Assembly: GCA_964535575.1 (NCBI GenBank)
Contig: CAZHTC010000001.1
Coordinates: forward strand, 657,965 to 721,964
From: an uncultured Bifidobacteriaceae bacterium
GTDB taxonomy: Bacteria > Bacteroidota > Bacteroidia > UKL13-3
DNA: 64,000 nt
Direction of reading: 5' to 3'
Part shown: one piece after another, positions 9,405-19,314 of the stretch
Layout of the letters: every line of letters starts with the position of its first letter
How positions within the stretch are numbered: the stretch's first letter is position 1
Position numbers and translations under genes: made by a program
The notes under the pieces: generated by a model
Database searches by the model: none
Told to the model about the DNA's origin: nothing
Seen by the model: only the letters and a program-made list of their open reading frames with translations

Positions 9405-10769
9405 TCACAATTTAGCCCAAAGATGGTCATATGCCTCGGGCAAAAAATGGTTGAAACAGAATTTCTCCAATTCAGTTAACTCAGATTGCGCCTCGCTATC
9501 GAAATTGTTTTTTTGAGCCAGCGCCCGTTGTAAAGGAATAAACCGCAGGGATTTTTCCGCTGAGTTATAATGCATATATAGCGGTAATATTTTTACCCCG
9601 CTAATCATTTTATATGGTTTACCCTGTTTTGTTCCTTTGCTAAAAGTTAATTCGAGCATTACCGGCATATGGCACCAGGTAAAAATATCATACGCCACAA
9701 AATCGGCCAATGAATAAATGGCAAACCCCTTTTTATTTTCACCGGTATTAGGATCGGTAAACGTTACCACTTCCATTGGTTGCACATTGTGCGGATGGCC
9801 ACCAAGAATAACATCGGCTCCGCATTCATTAAATACGCGATGAAACAACTCAACCGTATGAGCCGATGGATAGGCCTGATACGCATTACCCGCATGGAGA
9901 GAGAGAACAATAAAATCGGCACCCCGTTTCCGTGCTGTCGCGCATTGCATTTTTATAAACGACAAGTCGCATCCGGGTACGTTAAGCGGAAAATGATTCA
10001 CCAGCCAGGGTTTTCCGGCTGGGGTTGAAAGTTTATTTAACGAATAGGTTGCGGCTATAAATGCGGTTTTAATTCCGTTTCGTTCCAGTATCGGAAAATC
10101 ATCAACGGCATGCTCGTTCATGGCGGCACCACACCAGGCAATGTTGTTCTCTTTTAAAAATTCAAGCGTTTGAAAAAGTCCCTTTTTACCCATATCCATC
10201 GAGTGGTTATTAGCTACACTCAGCACATCGTATCCTTTGTACTTTCCGTTTCCGTTAAAAATACTGAACATTTCAGGTGAGCAGTTAAAATACATATCGT
10301 TCAGCATCACCTCGGGTACCAGTTGTGCCTTCTTCGATTGTTTAAAAGGGGTTTCGAGATTGGCAAAAACCATATCGGCATTAAAAAACCAATCTCCAGT
10401 TTCGTCCCATAAATTCGCTGCCGATTGTTTATTCACAAGGCGGTAAGGCATCAGGTCGCCTCCGGCATGAAGCGTACAGGATGTTTCTTCATTAAAATCT
10501 TTGTCGGTAAAATCTATTTTTTGCGATCGAAAATAGTTTTCGAGTCCCGAATTTTCAGTGGCCTCGGTATGCGGTTTCAAATAATATTTATACCCCAGGT
10601 AAACGGCCCCTGCCTCGCCCATGGTGAACGGGTTTTCTTCAAAATTTACCAATGGGAAACGCCAGCTTTTTTTCTTAAACAAATGCACCAGCCCAAATAT
10701 ACCTTTGAGCAGCATCACCAGCCATTTGCCTTTAGGGGTGAGGGTTCTTACCGGAAAAACGCCCATCAC
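9405..10769 (-). CDS. CapA/PGA_cap-family metallophosphatase-like protein
   Basis: Motifs GGDLMP, VFANLETP, SVANNHSMDMGKKG, LSLHAGN, GGHPHNVQP. Its 5' end overlaps the upstream transporter gene. Confidence 0.7.
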   Translation of the reverse strand: MMGVFPVRTLTPKGKWLVMLLKGIFGLVHLFKKKSWRFPLVNFEENPFTMGEAGAVYLGYKYYLKPHTEATENSGLENYFRSQKIDFTDKDFNEETSCTLHAGGDLMPYRLVNKQSAANLWDETGDWFFNADMVFANLETPFKQSKKAQLVPEVMLNDMYFNCSPEMFSIFNGNGKYKGYDVLSVANNHSMDMGKKGLFQTLEFLKENNIAWCGAAMNEHAVDDFPILERNGIKTAFIAATYSLNKLSTPAGKPWLVNHFPLNVPGCDLSFIKMQCATARKRGADFIVLSLHAGNAYQAYPSAHTVELFHRVFNECGADVILGGHPHNVQPMEVVTFTDPNTGENKKGFAIYSLADFVAYDIFTWCHMPVMLELTFSKGTKQGKPYKMISGVKILPLYMHYNSAEKSLRFIPLQRALAQKNNFDSEAQSELTELEKFCFNHFLPEAYDHLWAKL

Positions 10770-12153
10770 TAGAAAAAACTAAAACCACTAAGTGAAACAA
10801 CAGCGCAAAACATACCCCAAAATACACTTCGTTCACTTCTTGCCAAAGTCCATTTTTACCCGCCCTGTACAATTTTATGGAATAAGTAAAAACCACGCTC
10901 AGCAACATTTGCCAAAACACCCACGAAGGTTCTATTTTAAAGCGGGTGTATGAAAACAAAACCGGTATCAGCAGTCCGGCACATACGTAGGGAGTGAAAT
11001 CAAAAAAAATGGCAACCACCGAACTGTCTTTGTACAATACACAAAGCAGCGCATTGGCCACACCCACCGCTATGAGTGAAAAACGCGTGAGTTGCTCAAC
11101 GCTTAACCACAGGTATTTTTTGTTGGCGTGCAATAAATCTTTTGAGATGCTTAAAGCTGAGGTAAACAAAAAACTATTGCCTGTTGAAACAATGGTAGCC
11201 AGCAATCCGGTAAAAAAAAGTCCCATGAGTACCGGAGACAAAAATTGTTGTCCGGCTACCAGGTAAAGCTGATATGGCAGGAACAACGAGCCTGAATGCT
11301 GTAACAAACTCATAGCATAAAGTGCCGCAGTGGCTGCCAGAAAGTCAAACAGAGTCCAGCAAAGTACGCTTATCACCAATCCTTTTTGTGCCGTAGTGGG
11401 TTTGTTAACCGAATAAATTCGCTGGTGGTAATTGGGATCAACCAATACCACCGCGGCAAATAAAAACCAGGAACCAATATACCAATACGACTTGGGTAAA
11501 TGAAAGTGCAGTAAATCGGGATTGATTGTTTGAAACGGAGAAGTTCCGTAAGTAACAAACAGGCTGATGACGATAGCTGCAAATCCCGTAAACATGAAAA
11601 TAAACTGAAGCAAATCTGTTTTCACCACGGTTTTAAATCCGCCTTTTAAAATGTATCCACCTGAAAAAAGAGTAGCGAGAATAATACACCACACCATGTT
11701 CCATCCCCAGATAAAATGCAACACCTGAGCCGTCATGAGCAGGTACATGGCCGGAGCGGTAATGAGTAAAATAAGCAACGTTCCGATGGTAGCCACCCTG
11801 TTGCCGTAATGATGCCTTAGTAAATCCGAAAGGGTGGTGAATTTTCCTTCCCTCGCTCGTTTCGCATAAAACAACGCAAATACCAACGAAAACAACGAAT
11901 ACGGAAGGCTTAAAAACAGCCAGGCGGAAACACCGTGCTGTGCATACAGTTCGCCTATTCCCAGCACCCAGCCATACATGGTGGATACAAGCGTAGCCAC
12001 AAACGGAAAAAGCGTAACCTTGCGGCCGGCAAGTATAAAGTCGGACGATGAATCGGTAGTTTTTCTTCGTACAAAGGCTGTTAAAACCAGTACTAAAAAA
12101 TAAGCCAGAATAATTAACTGAGCTGCTACAGGCACAGGTGCAAATAAAAGCAT
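10732..12153 (-). CDS. Sodium:solute symporter family transporter
   Basis: 473-aa polytopic protein with 12 or more hydrophobic segments and an SSF-like N-terminal region (DFILAGRKVTLFPFVATLVSTMYG). Confidence 0.75.
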   Translation of the reverse strand: MLLFAPVPVAAQLIILAYFLVLVLTAFVRRKTTDSSSDFILAGRKVTLFPFVATLVSTMYGWVLGIGELYAQHGVSAWLFLSLPYSLFSLVFALFYAKRAREGKFTTLSDLLRHHYGNRVATIGTLLILLITAPAMYLLMTAQVLHFIWGWNMVWCIILATLFSGGYILKGGFKTVVKTDLLQFIFMFTGFAAIVISLFVTYGTSPFQTINPDLLHFHLPKSYWYIGSWFLFAAVVLVDPNYHQRIYSVNKPTTAQKGLVISVLCWTLFDFLAATAALYAMSLLQHSGSLFLPYQLYLVAGQQFLSPVLMGLFFTGLLATIVSTGNSFLFTSALSISKDLLHANKKYLWLSVEQLTRFSLIAVGVANALLCVLYKDSSVVAIFFDFTPYVCAGLLIPVLFSYTRFKIEPSWVFWQMLLSVVFTYSIKLYRAGKNGLWQEVNEVYFGVCFALLFHLVVLVFSSDGRFSGKNPHP

Positions 12154-12328
12154 CGATAGCCTTATTTATTAGTAAAAGTTTATCCCAAAGCAAAATTGCC
12201 CAATAAGCAAGGCAAATTGTTTGTTTGATTTATAGCGTCTTACGTATCCGGTTGTGAAAATAATACCCCTACATACAACCTCTCCTCTTGTTCCGTGGTC
12301 TTTATCAGTAATTAACCTCACTTCATAA

Positions 12329-12889
12329 TTGAGTACCCGCGGCCAAACTTTAAGTGATGAGGAGTTGATTGTTCTTTGCCGGAACAATCAGGTTTCTGCA
12401 CAAAACGAACTTTACAAACGTTTTGCCAGAAGGGTGATGGGTATTGCCATGCGCTACAGCCGAAACCGCGAGGATGCTCAGGATATTGTTCAGGATAGTT
12501 TTGTGAAAATTTTTCTTGGCCTGAAAAATTTTAAGGGCGATGGCTCTTTTGAGGGTTGGATAAAACGGATTGCGGTAAACACAGCCATCAATCATATTCA
12601 AAAACAACTGAAGTTTACCAATGAAACAGATATTGATGCTGCTTCAGAACTGATATACGATAACCAGATTATAAAAAACATATCGGCCAACGAGCTTATT
12701 GGTTTGGTACAGGCCATGCCCGATGGGTTTCGCACCGTGTTTAACCTGTTTGTAATTGAGGGTTACCCTCATCAGGAAATAGGTGAAATGCTGGGTATTT
12801 CAGAAGGAACATCCAAATCACAATTAGCCAGAGCCCGCCAGCATCTGGCCAATAAAATTAAATCGAAAAAGTTAGATTATAATGAATAG
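12329..12889 (+). CDS. ECF-type RNA polymerase sigma-70 family factor
   Basis: Region 2 (LYKRFARRVMGIAMRYSRNREDAQDIVQDSFVKIF) and region 4 (FVIEGYPHQEIGEMLGISEGTSKSQLARARQHL). TTG start as listed. Confidence 0.85.
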   Translation: MSTRGQTLSDEELIVLCRNNQVSAQNELYKRFARRVMGIAMRYSRNREDAQDIVQDSFVKIFLGLKNFKGDGSFEGWIKRIAVNTAINHIQKQLKFTNETDIDAASELIYDNQIIKNISANELIGLVQAMPDGFRTVFNLFVIEGYPHQEIGEMLGISEGTSKSQLARARQHLANKIKSKKLDYNE

Positions 12890-14456
12890 TAATATGCAAA
12901 ATCAGTTTGATGAACTCCTTCATCAGAAGTTGTACGACTTCTGTGATGATCCTGATGAAGGGCTGATTGATAAAATACATCAGAAAAAAGACCGGGTCAT
13001 CCGCCTGTACCGATTACTTCCACTTATTTTGTCGGTAGTAGCCATTACCCTGGCAGGCATTTGGTTTTTCTCTTCTGAAAACAATCGGAAAAATTTAATG
13101 CCAGCTTTTGAAAGCAAACCCGCCCCTGTGTTGCAATCACCCGTTTCTTCGGCAAAACCTGCTTCTCCTTCAAACGTACGCTTCATAACCACAAGCAATT
13201 CTACAACTGCTGTTTCCTCATCACAAACAGCGGTAAACGCAAACTTTAAAAGCCAGGTTCTTTTAACTGAAGAAGCAATGATTAGCACTCCCTTAAGTGG
13301 TGTTAACCCTACCCTTGTTTCTTCGGCAGAAATTACCGGTTGTGAAGCAGGTTTTGATTTTTACACCTCGTATACCGGAGAGTTGTTCTTTATAAACACC
13401 AGCAGCATGAACGATGGCGCAGAAGTTTTGTGGAATTTTGGTGACGGCACCTACAGCAACCTGATGAATCCATCGCATCAATATCAACAAGCTGGCGAAT
13501 ATGAGGTAAGACTTGATGTAATGGTGAAAGGAAAGTCTTCCTGTAACTATGAAACAGTGCTTACTTATGCTGCTTCGGCGGTAAAATCTGAAAAAACAAT
13601 TAAAGGAACTGTGTTCGAAGAATTATTTATTTCAAAAGATGCGGTTGTTTCTTTGTACAGGCAAACAGCATCGGGCGATAAATACGAGCTGTATTCGCTG
13701 CACAAAACCGATGCCTCGGGTAATTACCAGTTCTCTCAGCTTCCCAATGGGAAATACATGATCCTTGCTGAGAAAAACGGCAATTCGCGCTATACTCCTA
13801 CCTGGTTTGGAAACGTAACTTTGAGCGAAGATGCCGACCGCATTGTACTTGACGACCGCAACCAGCAAAACAACCGGTTATTCGATATTCATTTACAGCA
13901 AATACCCTTATCTGACCCGCTGGATATGACTGCCTCTTCAACCCGCGTTGATACCGGTGGAGTTTACGTAACCCTTGTTGACAGGTATAATAATGTGGTG
14001 GGTACTTTTAAAACCGACATGTACGGGAACCTGATGCGGGGCCAAACTGAAATTCCTCCCGGATATTATAAAGTAATTAATCCGTCAACCTCTAAAGAAT
14101 CAACCGTTCAAATTGGCTCCGGAAACTCAGGTACTATTGATCATTACAGCGATTTGGTAACAGATAAAACACGCGAAGAATCAAAACCGCTGATGCCTGC
14201 CGAACCCCTGGTAATAATGCCAAATCCCGCTGTGAGTGATATCCGATTTGAAGTAAAACTCGACACCTATCAGCAGGTACAGGTGCGCATTGTGAATGCC
14301 AACGGTATTGAGGTGTACAACCAAACCACATTCGGTGAACCGGGTGCCAACAAATTCAATATTGTTATCAGTTCATTTAAACCCGGAGTGTATTATGTGA
14401 TGGTTAAGAAAGGTCAGGGGGTTCCGGTAATCAGTCAGCTGATAAAAGCTAATTAG
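12882..14456 (+). CDS. Sigma-partner protein: cytoplasmic N-terminus, TM segment, PKD-like and CarboxypepD_reg-like domains, T9SS type-A C-terminal domain
   Basis: 8-nt overlap with the sigma gene. TM segment LLPLILSVVAITLAGIWFF. PKD-like WNFGDGTYS..H.Y...G.Y.V. C-terminus MPNPAVSDIRFEV...GVYYVMVKKG...LIKAN. Confidence 0.6.
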   Translation: MNSNMQNQFDELLHQKLYDFCDDPDEGLIDKIHQKKDRVIRLYRLLPLILSVVAITLAGIWFFSSENNRKNLMPAFESKPAPVLQSPVSSAKPASPSNVRFITTSNSTTAVSSSQTAVNANFKSQVLLTEEAMISTPLSGVNPTLVSSAEITGCEAGFDFYTSYTGELFFINTSSMNDGAEVLWNFGDGTYSNLMNPSHQYQQAGEYEVRLDVMVKGKSSCNYETVLTYAASAVKSEKTIKGTVFEELFISKDAVVSLYRQTASGDKYELYSLHKTDASGNYQFSQLPNGKYMILAEKNGNSRYTPTWFGNVTLSEDADRIVLDDRNQQNNRLFDIHLQQIPLSDPLDMTASSTRVDTGGVYVTLVDRYNNVVGTFKTDMYGNLMRGQTEIPPGYYKVINPSTSKESTVQIGSGNSGTIDHYSDLVTDKTREESKPLMPAEPLVIMPNPAVSDIRFEVKLDTYQQVQVRIVNANGIEVYNQTTFGEPGANKFNIVISSFKPGVYYVMVKKGQGVPVISQLIKAN

Positions 14457-14463
14457 ACGGAAA

Positions 14464-15687
14464 TTACTTTTTTGTAAATTTCCCGCGCCCCGACCGGGAG
14501 CCTTTGAAGTTTTTTTTGCCCGCTGATGGTGGTTTTACCTTTGGGTTATACACAGGGGCTTCGCCCAATTTAGTCGGTAGCGGCTCCTTTTTCACCTCAT
14601 ATCCTATCAAACTTTCTATCTGGTGAAAACGGTACTGATCTCTCGGACTTATAATGGTGATAGCCGTTCCTTTTGCATCGGCCCGCGCGGTACGGCCCAC
14701 CCGGTGTACATAATCTTCAGGGTCGGGTGGTGCATCAAAATTAATCACCAGCCCTATACCATCTACGTCTATTCCTCTAGATAAAATATCGGTACCGATT
14801 AAAATGCGTAATTCTTTATTCCGAAACTGCCGCATAATTATTTCGCGCTCCTGTTGTTCCAGATCAGAGTGAAAAGCCTTGCAGGGTAATTTTGACCTGC
14901 GCAGCAATACATCCAGCTGTTTTACTTTCTCTTTGGTAGAGGCAAAAATAATAACCGAGTCAGCTTCGCTGTGTGCCAGAATATGTTTAAGCAATCCTTC
15001 TTTTTGCTCTTCATATGCCGAATAAGCCAATTGGGTAATTCCTTCGGCCGGTTTTGAAATGGCTATGCTTATTTCTTTTGGGTCTCTTAAAATGCGCGAA
15101 GCCATTTGCCTTATTTTGGGTGGCATGGTTGCTGAAAACAGTAATGTTTGCCGCTCGGCTGGCAGATAGCTTACAATGCGCATAATGTCTTCGTAAAATC
15201 CCATATCCAGCATACGATCGGCTTCGTCCAGAATTAAATGTTTAATCGCACTTAAATCAATATGCCGGGTAGTGATGAGTGAAATTAAACGGCCCGGTGT
15301 GGCCACGGCAATATCGGCCCCTTTCATCATGGCCTTTTTTTGCTGCTCCCAGGCATTGCCATCTCCTCCACCGTAAATAGCGATGGAATTAATACCGGTA
15401 TGGTAAGCCAGTCCTTCTATCTGCTGATCTATTTGCAAAGCCAGTTCCCGGGTAGGTGCAATTATCAGGGTACTCAATTCGCGGTGGTCGTGGTACAAAA
15501 TATTATCGAGCACCGGCAACACGTAGGCTGCCGTTTTACCCGTACCGGTTTGTGCACAGGCTACCAAATCACATCCATCCATTATTAATGGAATGGCCTG
15601 CTGCTGAATAGGTGTGGGCGAATCAAAACCCATATCTGCAAGGCCGAGTACTACCGAGGGTTGAAAATGAAAATCAGAAAATGTCAA
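14464..15687 (-). CDS. DEAD-box ATP-dependent RNA helicase
   Basis: Motif I AQTGTGKT, motif II LILDEADRM (DEAD), SAT, motif VI HRVGRTARA, and a basic C-terminal tail. Confidence 0.9.
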   Translation of the reverse strand: MTFSDFHFQPSVVLGLADMGFDSPTPIQQQAIPLIMDGCDLVACAQTGTGKTAAYVLPVLDNILYHDHRELSTLIIAPTRELALQIDQQIEGLAYHTGINSIAIYGGGDGNAWEQQKKAMMKGADIAVATPGRLISLITTRHIDLSAIKHLILDEADRMLDMGFYEDIMRIVSYLPAERQTLLFSATMPPKIRQMASRILRDPKEISIAISKPAEGITQLAYSAYEEQKEGLLKHILAHSEADSVIIFASTKEKVKQLDVLLRRSKLPCKAFHSDLEQQEREIIMRQFRNKELRILIGTDILSRGIDVDGIGLVINFDAPPDPEDYVHRVGRTARADAKGTAITIISPRDQYRFHQIESLIGYEVKKEPLPTKLGEAPVYNPKVKPPSAGKKNFKGSRSGRGKFTKK

Positions 15688-15730
15688 TGATTAAAAATAA
15701 GACCCGCAAGATAAGGGAAAACCTATTACC

Positions 15731-16693
15731 ATGCACTGTAACCGCCCGGCTGTCTTTTCAAAACCTGTTTTGCAGCATGAATGCGTTACCTTCGCGCCTG
15801 TGAACACCACCCTTAAGGTACATTTATCGCTGCTCACGGTTTCGGCTCTTTACGCTGCCACGTTTACTATTGCCAAAGAGGTGATGAATGGCTATGTGGA
15901 GCCATCAGCTTTTATTCTTATCCGTGTGGCAGTGGCGGCAGTACTGTTCTTTATAGCACATTCCCTTTTTGTGCGAGACAAAAAAGTCACCGACAGAAAA
16001 GATTTCCAGCGCCTTTTTGTATGCAGCATGTTTGGAGTGGGATTTAATATGCTCCTGTTTTTTAACGGGCTCCACCTCACTTCTCCCATAAACGGAGCTG
16101 TGCTTATGACCTGTTCGCCCATTTTTGTAGTGGTATTTGCCGCCCTGTTGCTTCGCGAAAAAATTACCGCGGCCAAAGGTTTTGGTATTTTACTGGCCGC
16201 AACGGGAGCCGCATTGCTTATTGGCGGACGCGAACTCAATTTCTCTTCATCAACCGCACGGGGAGATTTGATGGTGGCCGTTAATGCTATTATCTATTCT
16301 TTTTACTTAGTTTATTCAAAACCGTTGTTGCTAAAATACAAACCAGTTACCGTAAGCAAATGGACTTTTTTATTCGGAACCCTGATTGTATTGCCGTTCG
16401 GGTGGCAGGAGTTTGGACAAATTCAATGGGCCTCCATGCCGGTAAAGGTTTACTGGCAATTGGCCTTTGTGGTGGTGGGAACCACCTTTCTCACCTACTT
16501 GCTCAATTCGTGGGCCCTGCGTTATGCCACTCCCGCACTGGTGGGTTCGTATATCTACCTGCAACCGGTTCTGGCTACGCTTATTGCGGTACTTTCGCAA
16601 AAGGATATGCTTACTATAGCAAAGTTTAGTTATACATTATTGATATTTGCCGGAGTGTATCTGGTAAGTAAACCAACAAAACAACATGCTTAG
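15731..16693 (+). CDS. EamA/DMT-family transporter
   Basis: About 10 TM segments in two EamA-like halves. The true start may be the in-frame GTG at 15800. Confidence 0.8.
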   Translation: MHCNRPAVFSKPVLQHECVTFAPVNTTLKVHLSLLTVSALYAATFTIAKEVMNGYVEPSAFILIRVAVAAVLFFIAHSLFVRDKKVTDRKDFQRLFVCSMFGVGFNMLLFFNGLHLTSPINGAVLMTCSPIFVVVFAALLLREKITAAKGFGILLAATGAALLIGGRELNFSSSTARGDLMVAVNAIIYSFYLVYSKPLLLKYKPVTVSKWTFLFGTLIVLPFGWQEFGQIQWASMPVKVYWQLAFVVVGTTFLTYLLNSWALRYATPALVGSYIYLQPVLATLIAVLSQKDMLTIAKFSYTLLIFAGVYLVSKPTKQHA

Positions 16694-17558
16694 ATCAATG
16701 ACAGGCTTCGGACAAGCCACCGGTGATTTTGAAAAATTTAATGTGAAGGCAGAGATAAAAGCCCTCAACGGAAAATTTTTGGAAATAAACCTCCGCACCC
16801 CTAAAATCATTTTGAATAAAGAGGCCGAACTGCGCACTACTTTTGGTAAGCTGTTCGAACGTGGTACCGTTACCCTTTCAGTAAATCTGGAGTTTAAAAA
16901 CCCCGGTGATTTATTACAGCCCATAAACAAAGAGGTGGTAGGTTTTTACCTCGAAGAAATTCATTCTCTTGAAAGCAAAGCGGGTGTACCAAAAGGTTCG
17001 CTCACCGGCTCCCTGTTTAATATTCCCAATGCCCTGCAATCAACCGAAAAAGAACTGAGCGAAAGCGAATGGAAGGAAATACTGAGTGTGCTGATGAATG
17101 CCTGGGAAGCATTTGAACTTTTCAGAAAACAGGAAGGCGCACTTACCGAGAAAGAAATTTGCGCGATGGTTAGTCGCATTAATATGCTTTGTGACGAGGT
17201 AGAAGCTCTGGAACCCGAGCGCATGAAAGGCGTGCGCGACCGCATACAGGGTGATTTGGAAAATATGCTGGCCAAGGACCAGATTGATGCTAACCGCCTG
17301 GAGCAGGAACTTATTTACTACATCGAAAAAATGGATATTGCCGAAGAAAAACTGCGGCTTAAAAATCACTGTGATTATTTTTTGCAGACTATAAAAGAAA
17401 ACTCCACCGGTAAAAAACTTGGTTTCATTGCTCAGGAAATGGGTCGTGAAATAAACACTATGGGAGCCAAAGCCAACTTTTTCCCTATACAGAAAAAAAT
17501 TGTAGAGATGAAAGATGAGCTGGAAAAAATAAAAGAACAATTGAACAACGTAGTATGA
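16686..17558 (+). CDS. yicC: YicC-family stress-induced protein
   Basis: N-terminus [11 protein letters not shown] and the C-terminal signature [14 protein letters not shown]. Confidence 0.85.
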   Translation: MLRSMTGFGQATGDFEKFNVKAEIKALNGKFLEINLRTPKIILNKEAELRTTFGKLFERGTVTLSVNLEFKNPGDLLQPINKEVVGFYLEEIHSLESKAGVPKGSLTGSLFNIPNALQSTEKELSESEWKEILSVLMNAWEAFELFRKQEGALTEKEICAMVSRINMLCDEVEALEPERMKGVRDRIQGDLENMLAKDQIDANRLEQELIYYIEKMDIAEEKLRLKNHCDYFLQTIKENSTGKKLGFIAQEMGREINTMGAKANFFPIQKKIVEMKDELEKIKEQLNNVV

Positions 17559-18133
17559 GCACGGGTAAGGTTATTATTTTTTCAGCTCCATCGGGTTCGG
17601 GCAAAACCACTATAGTAAAACATTTGCTCAGCACCAACAGCAACCTTGCCTTTTCTGTTTCGGCCACCACGCGACAGCCACGCCCCAACGAGATTAACGG
17701 AAAGGATTATTATTTTCTCACCAAAACCGATTTTTTACAGCGTGTGCAAAACAACGAATTTGCCGAATATGAAGAAGTGTATCCCGGTACGTATTACGGA
17801 ACCCTGCGCAGCGAAGTAGAACGCATCTGGGCTGAGGGAAAAGTAGTTGTTTTTGATGTAGACGTGGTAGGCGGATTAAACTTAAAACGCATCTGGGGCC
17901 GCACCGCTCTGGCCGTATTTGTTAAACCTCCGTCTGTTGCCGTTTTGCAAAACCGGTTAAGGGCCCGCGCCACCGAAACCGAACAGGATTTAGAAAAACG
18001 CATTAATAAAGCGTTGTCCGAATTGCAGTTTGAGCCGCAGTTTGATGTGGTTCTCATAAACGACCGGTTAGATGAAACCTTTGAAAAAGCACAACAACTG
18101 CTTCAGGATTTTTTAACTACAGCCCCTTTGTAA
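17555..18133 (+). CDS. gmk: Guanylate kinase
   Basis: P-loop [41 protein letters not shown]. 4-nt overlap with yicC. Confidence 0.9.
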   Translation: MSTGKVIIFSAPSGSGKTTIVKHLLSTNSNLAFSVSATTRQPRPNEINGKDYYFLTKTDFLQRVQNNEFAEYEEVYPGTYYGTLRSEVERIWAEGKVVVFDVDVVGGLNLKRIWGRTALAVFVKPPSVAVLQNRLRARATETEQDLEKRINKALSELQFEPQFDVVLINDRLDETFEKAQQLLQDFLTTAPL

Positions 18134-18137
18134 TTGT

Positions 18138-18710
18138 ATGCATATAGGTCTTTTTTTCGGCTCATTTAATCCACCCCACACCGGCCATTTGGTTATTGCC
18201 AGCCATATGACTGAATACAGCGATATTGAAAAAATATGGTTTATGGTATCGCCACATAATCCTCTCAAAGCAAAGGGCGATTTACTTGATGCATCTGCCC
18301 GACTGCAATTGGTACAGGATGCAGTTGCGCTGGACCCGCGTTTTGTGGCATCCGATTTTGAATTTAACCTGGAGCGGCCTTCGTACACCATTAACACCAT
18401 GCAACAGCTTGCGCAAAAATACCCCGAACATCGGTTTACGCTGATAATGGGTGGCGACAACCTGCACTCGCTGCACCTTTGGAAAGACTACGAAACCCTG
18501 CTCGACACCTACCGCATTTTTGTGTACCGCAGAGAAGGTTTTGATAATGCCGAGTTGGCCGACCATCCCAATGTAGTGGTGTTTGACGTTCCGCTGCTCA
18601 ATATCTCATCCACCTTTATTCGCAAGGCGGTAAAAAAAGGAAAATCCATTCGCTACCTGGTGCCGCAGGTGGTTGAAGAACAAATTACATTAAATAAGTA
18701 TTACCAATAA
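18138..18710 (+). CDS. nadD: Nicotinate-nucleotide adenylyltransferase
   Basis: GLFFGSFNPPHTGH (HxGH motif) and ISSTFIR (ISSTxxR motif). Confidence 0.9.
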   Translation: MHIGLFFGSFNPPHTGHLVIASHMTEYSDIEKIWFMVSPHNPLKAKGDLLDASARLQLVQDAVALDPRFVASDFEFNLERPSYTINTMQQLAQKYPEHRFTLIMGGDNLHSLHLWKDYETLLDTYRIFVYRREGFDNAELADHPNVVVFDVPLLNISSTFIRKAVKKGKSIRYLVPQVVEEQITLNKYYQ

Positions 18711-19228
18711 TGTCGATTACCATACGGCAGGCAAACCCTCAGGACGCAGAGGCATTATCGCTGCTGGGTGCTACCACTTTTTATGATACCTTTCATACGT
18801 TTCACACCGAAGACGATATGAAAAAGTATATTGCCCATGCCTATAACCCTGAAAAGATAAGTGCCTGCCTTACCAACCCCGCCATTATGTATTACATGGC
18901 CCTGGACAACGATATGCCGGCAGGCTATATCAAACTAATTAAAAATGTGCAGCCCCCAGAATTACCCGAAGGGCGAGTAGCCGAACTGGAAAAAATTTAT
19001 GTACTAAAAGACTATCTTGGAACCGGCATTGGGAAAAAACTCATGCACCAGGCTATTGTAGCCATGGTGCAGGAAAAATTTGACTGGCTGTTTTTGGGAG
19101 TATGGCAGCAAAACCAGCGCGCACTCGATTTTTATAAGGGTTTTGGCTGGGAAATTTGCGGCATCAGGCAATTTAAACTTGGCGATACTATTTGCGATGA
19201 TTATGTGCTCAAATTAAAACTGGGATAA
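18710..19228 (+). CDS. GNAT-family N-acetyltransferase
   Basis: Acetyl-CoA binding region YVLKDYLGTGIGKKLMHQAI and NQRALDFYKGFGW. Confidence 0.8.
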   Translation: MSITIRQANPQDAEALSLLGATTFYDTFHTFHTEDDMKKYIAHAYNPEKISACLTNPAIMYYMALDNDMPAGYIKLIKNVQPPELPEGRVAELEKIYVLKDYLGTGIGKKLMHQAIVAMVQEKFDWLFLGVWQQNQRALDFYKGFGWEICGIRQFKLGDTICDDYVLKLKLG

Positions 19229-19314
19229 ACCTCTGCTTTACCGTGAAGGCGATTTATACCCGGTTGTTGACCTACATAATTAAAGCACTTTGAATGGATC
19301 CGTTTTGCTTAGTA

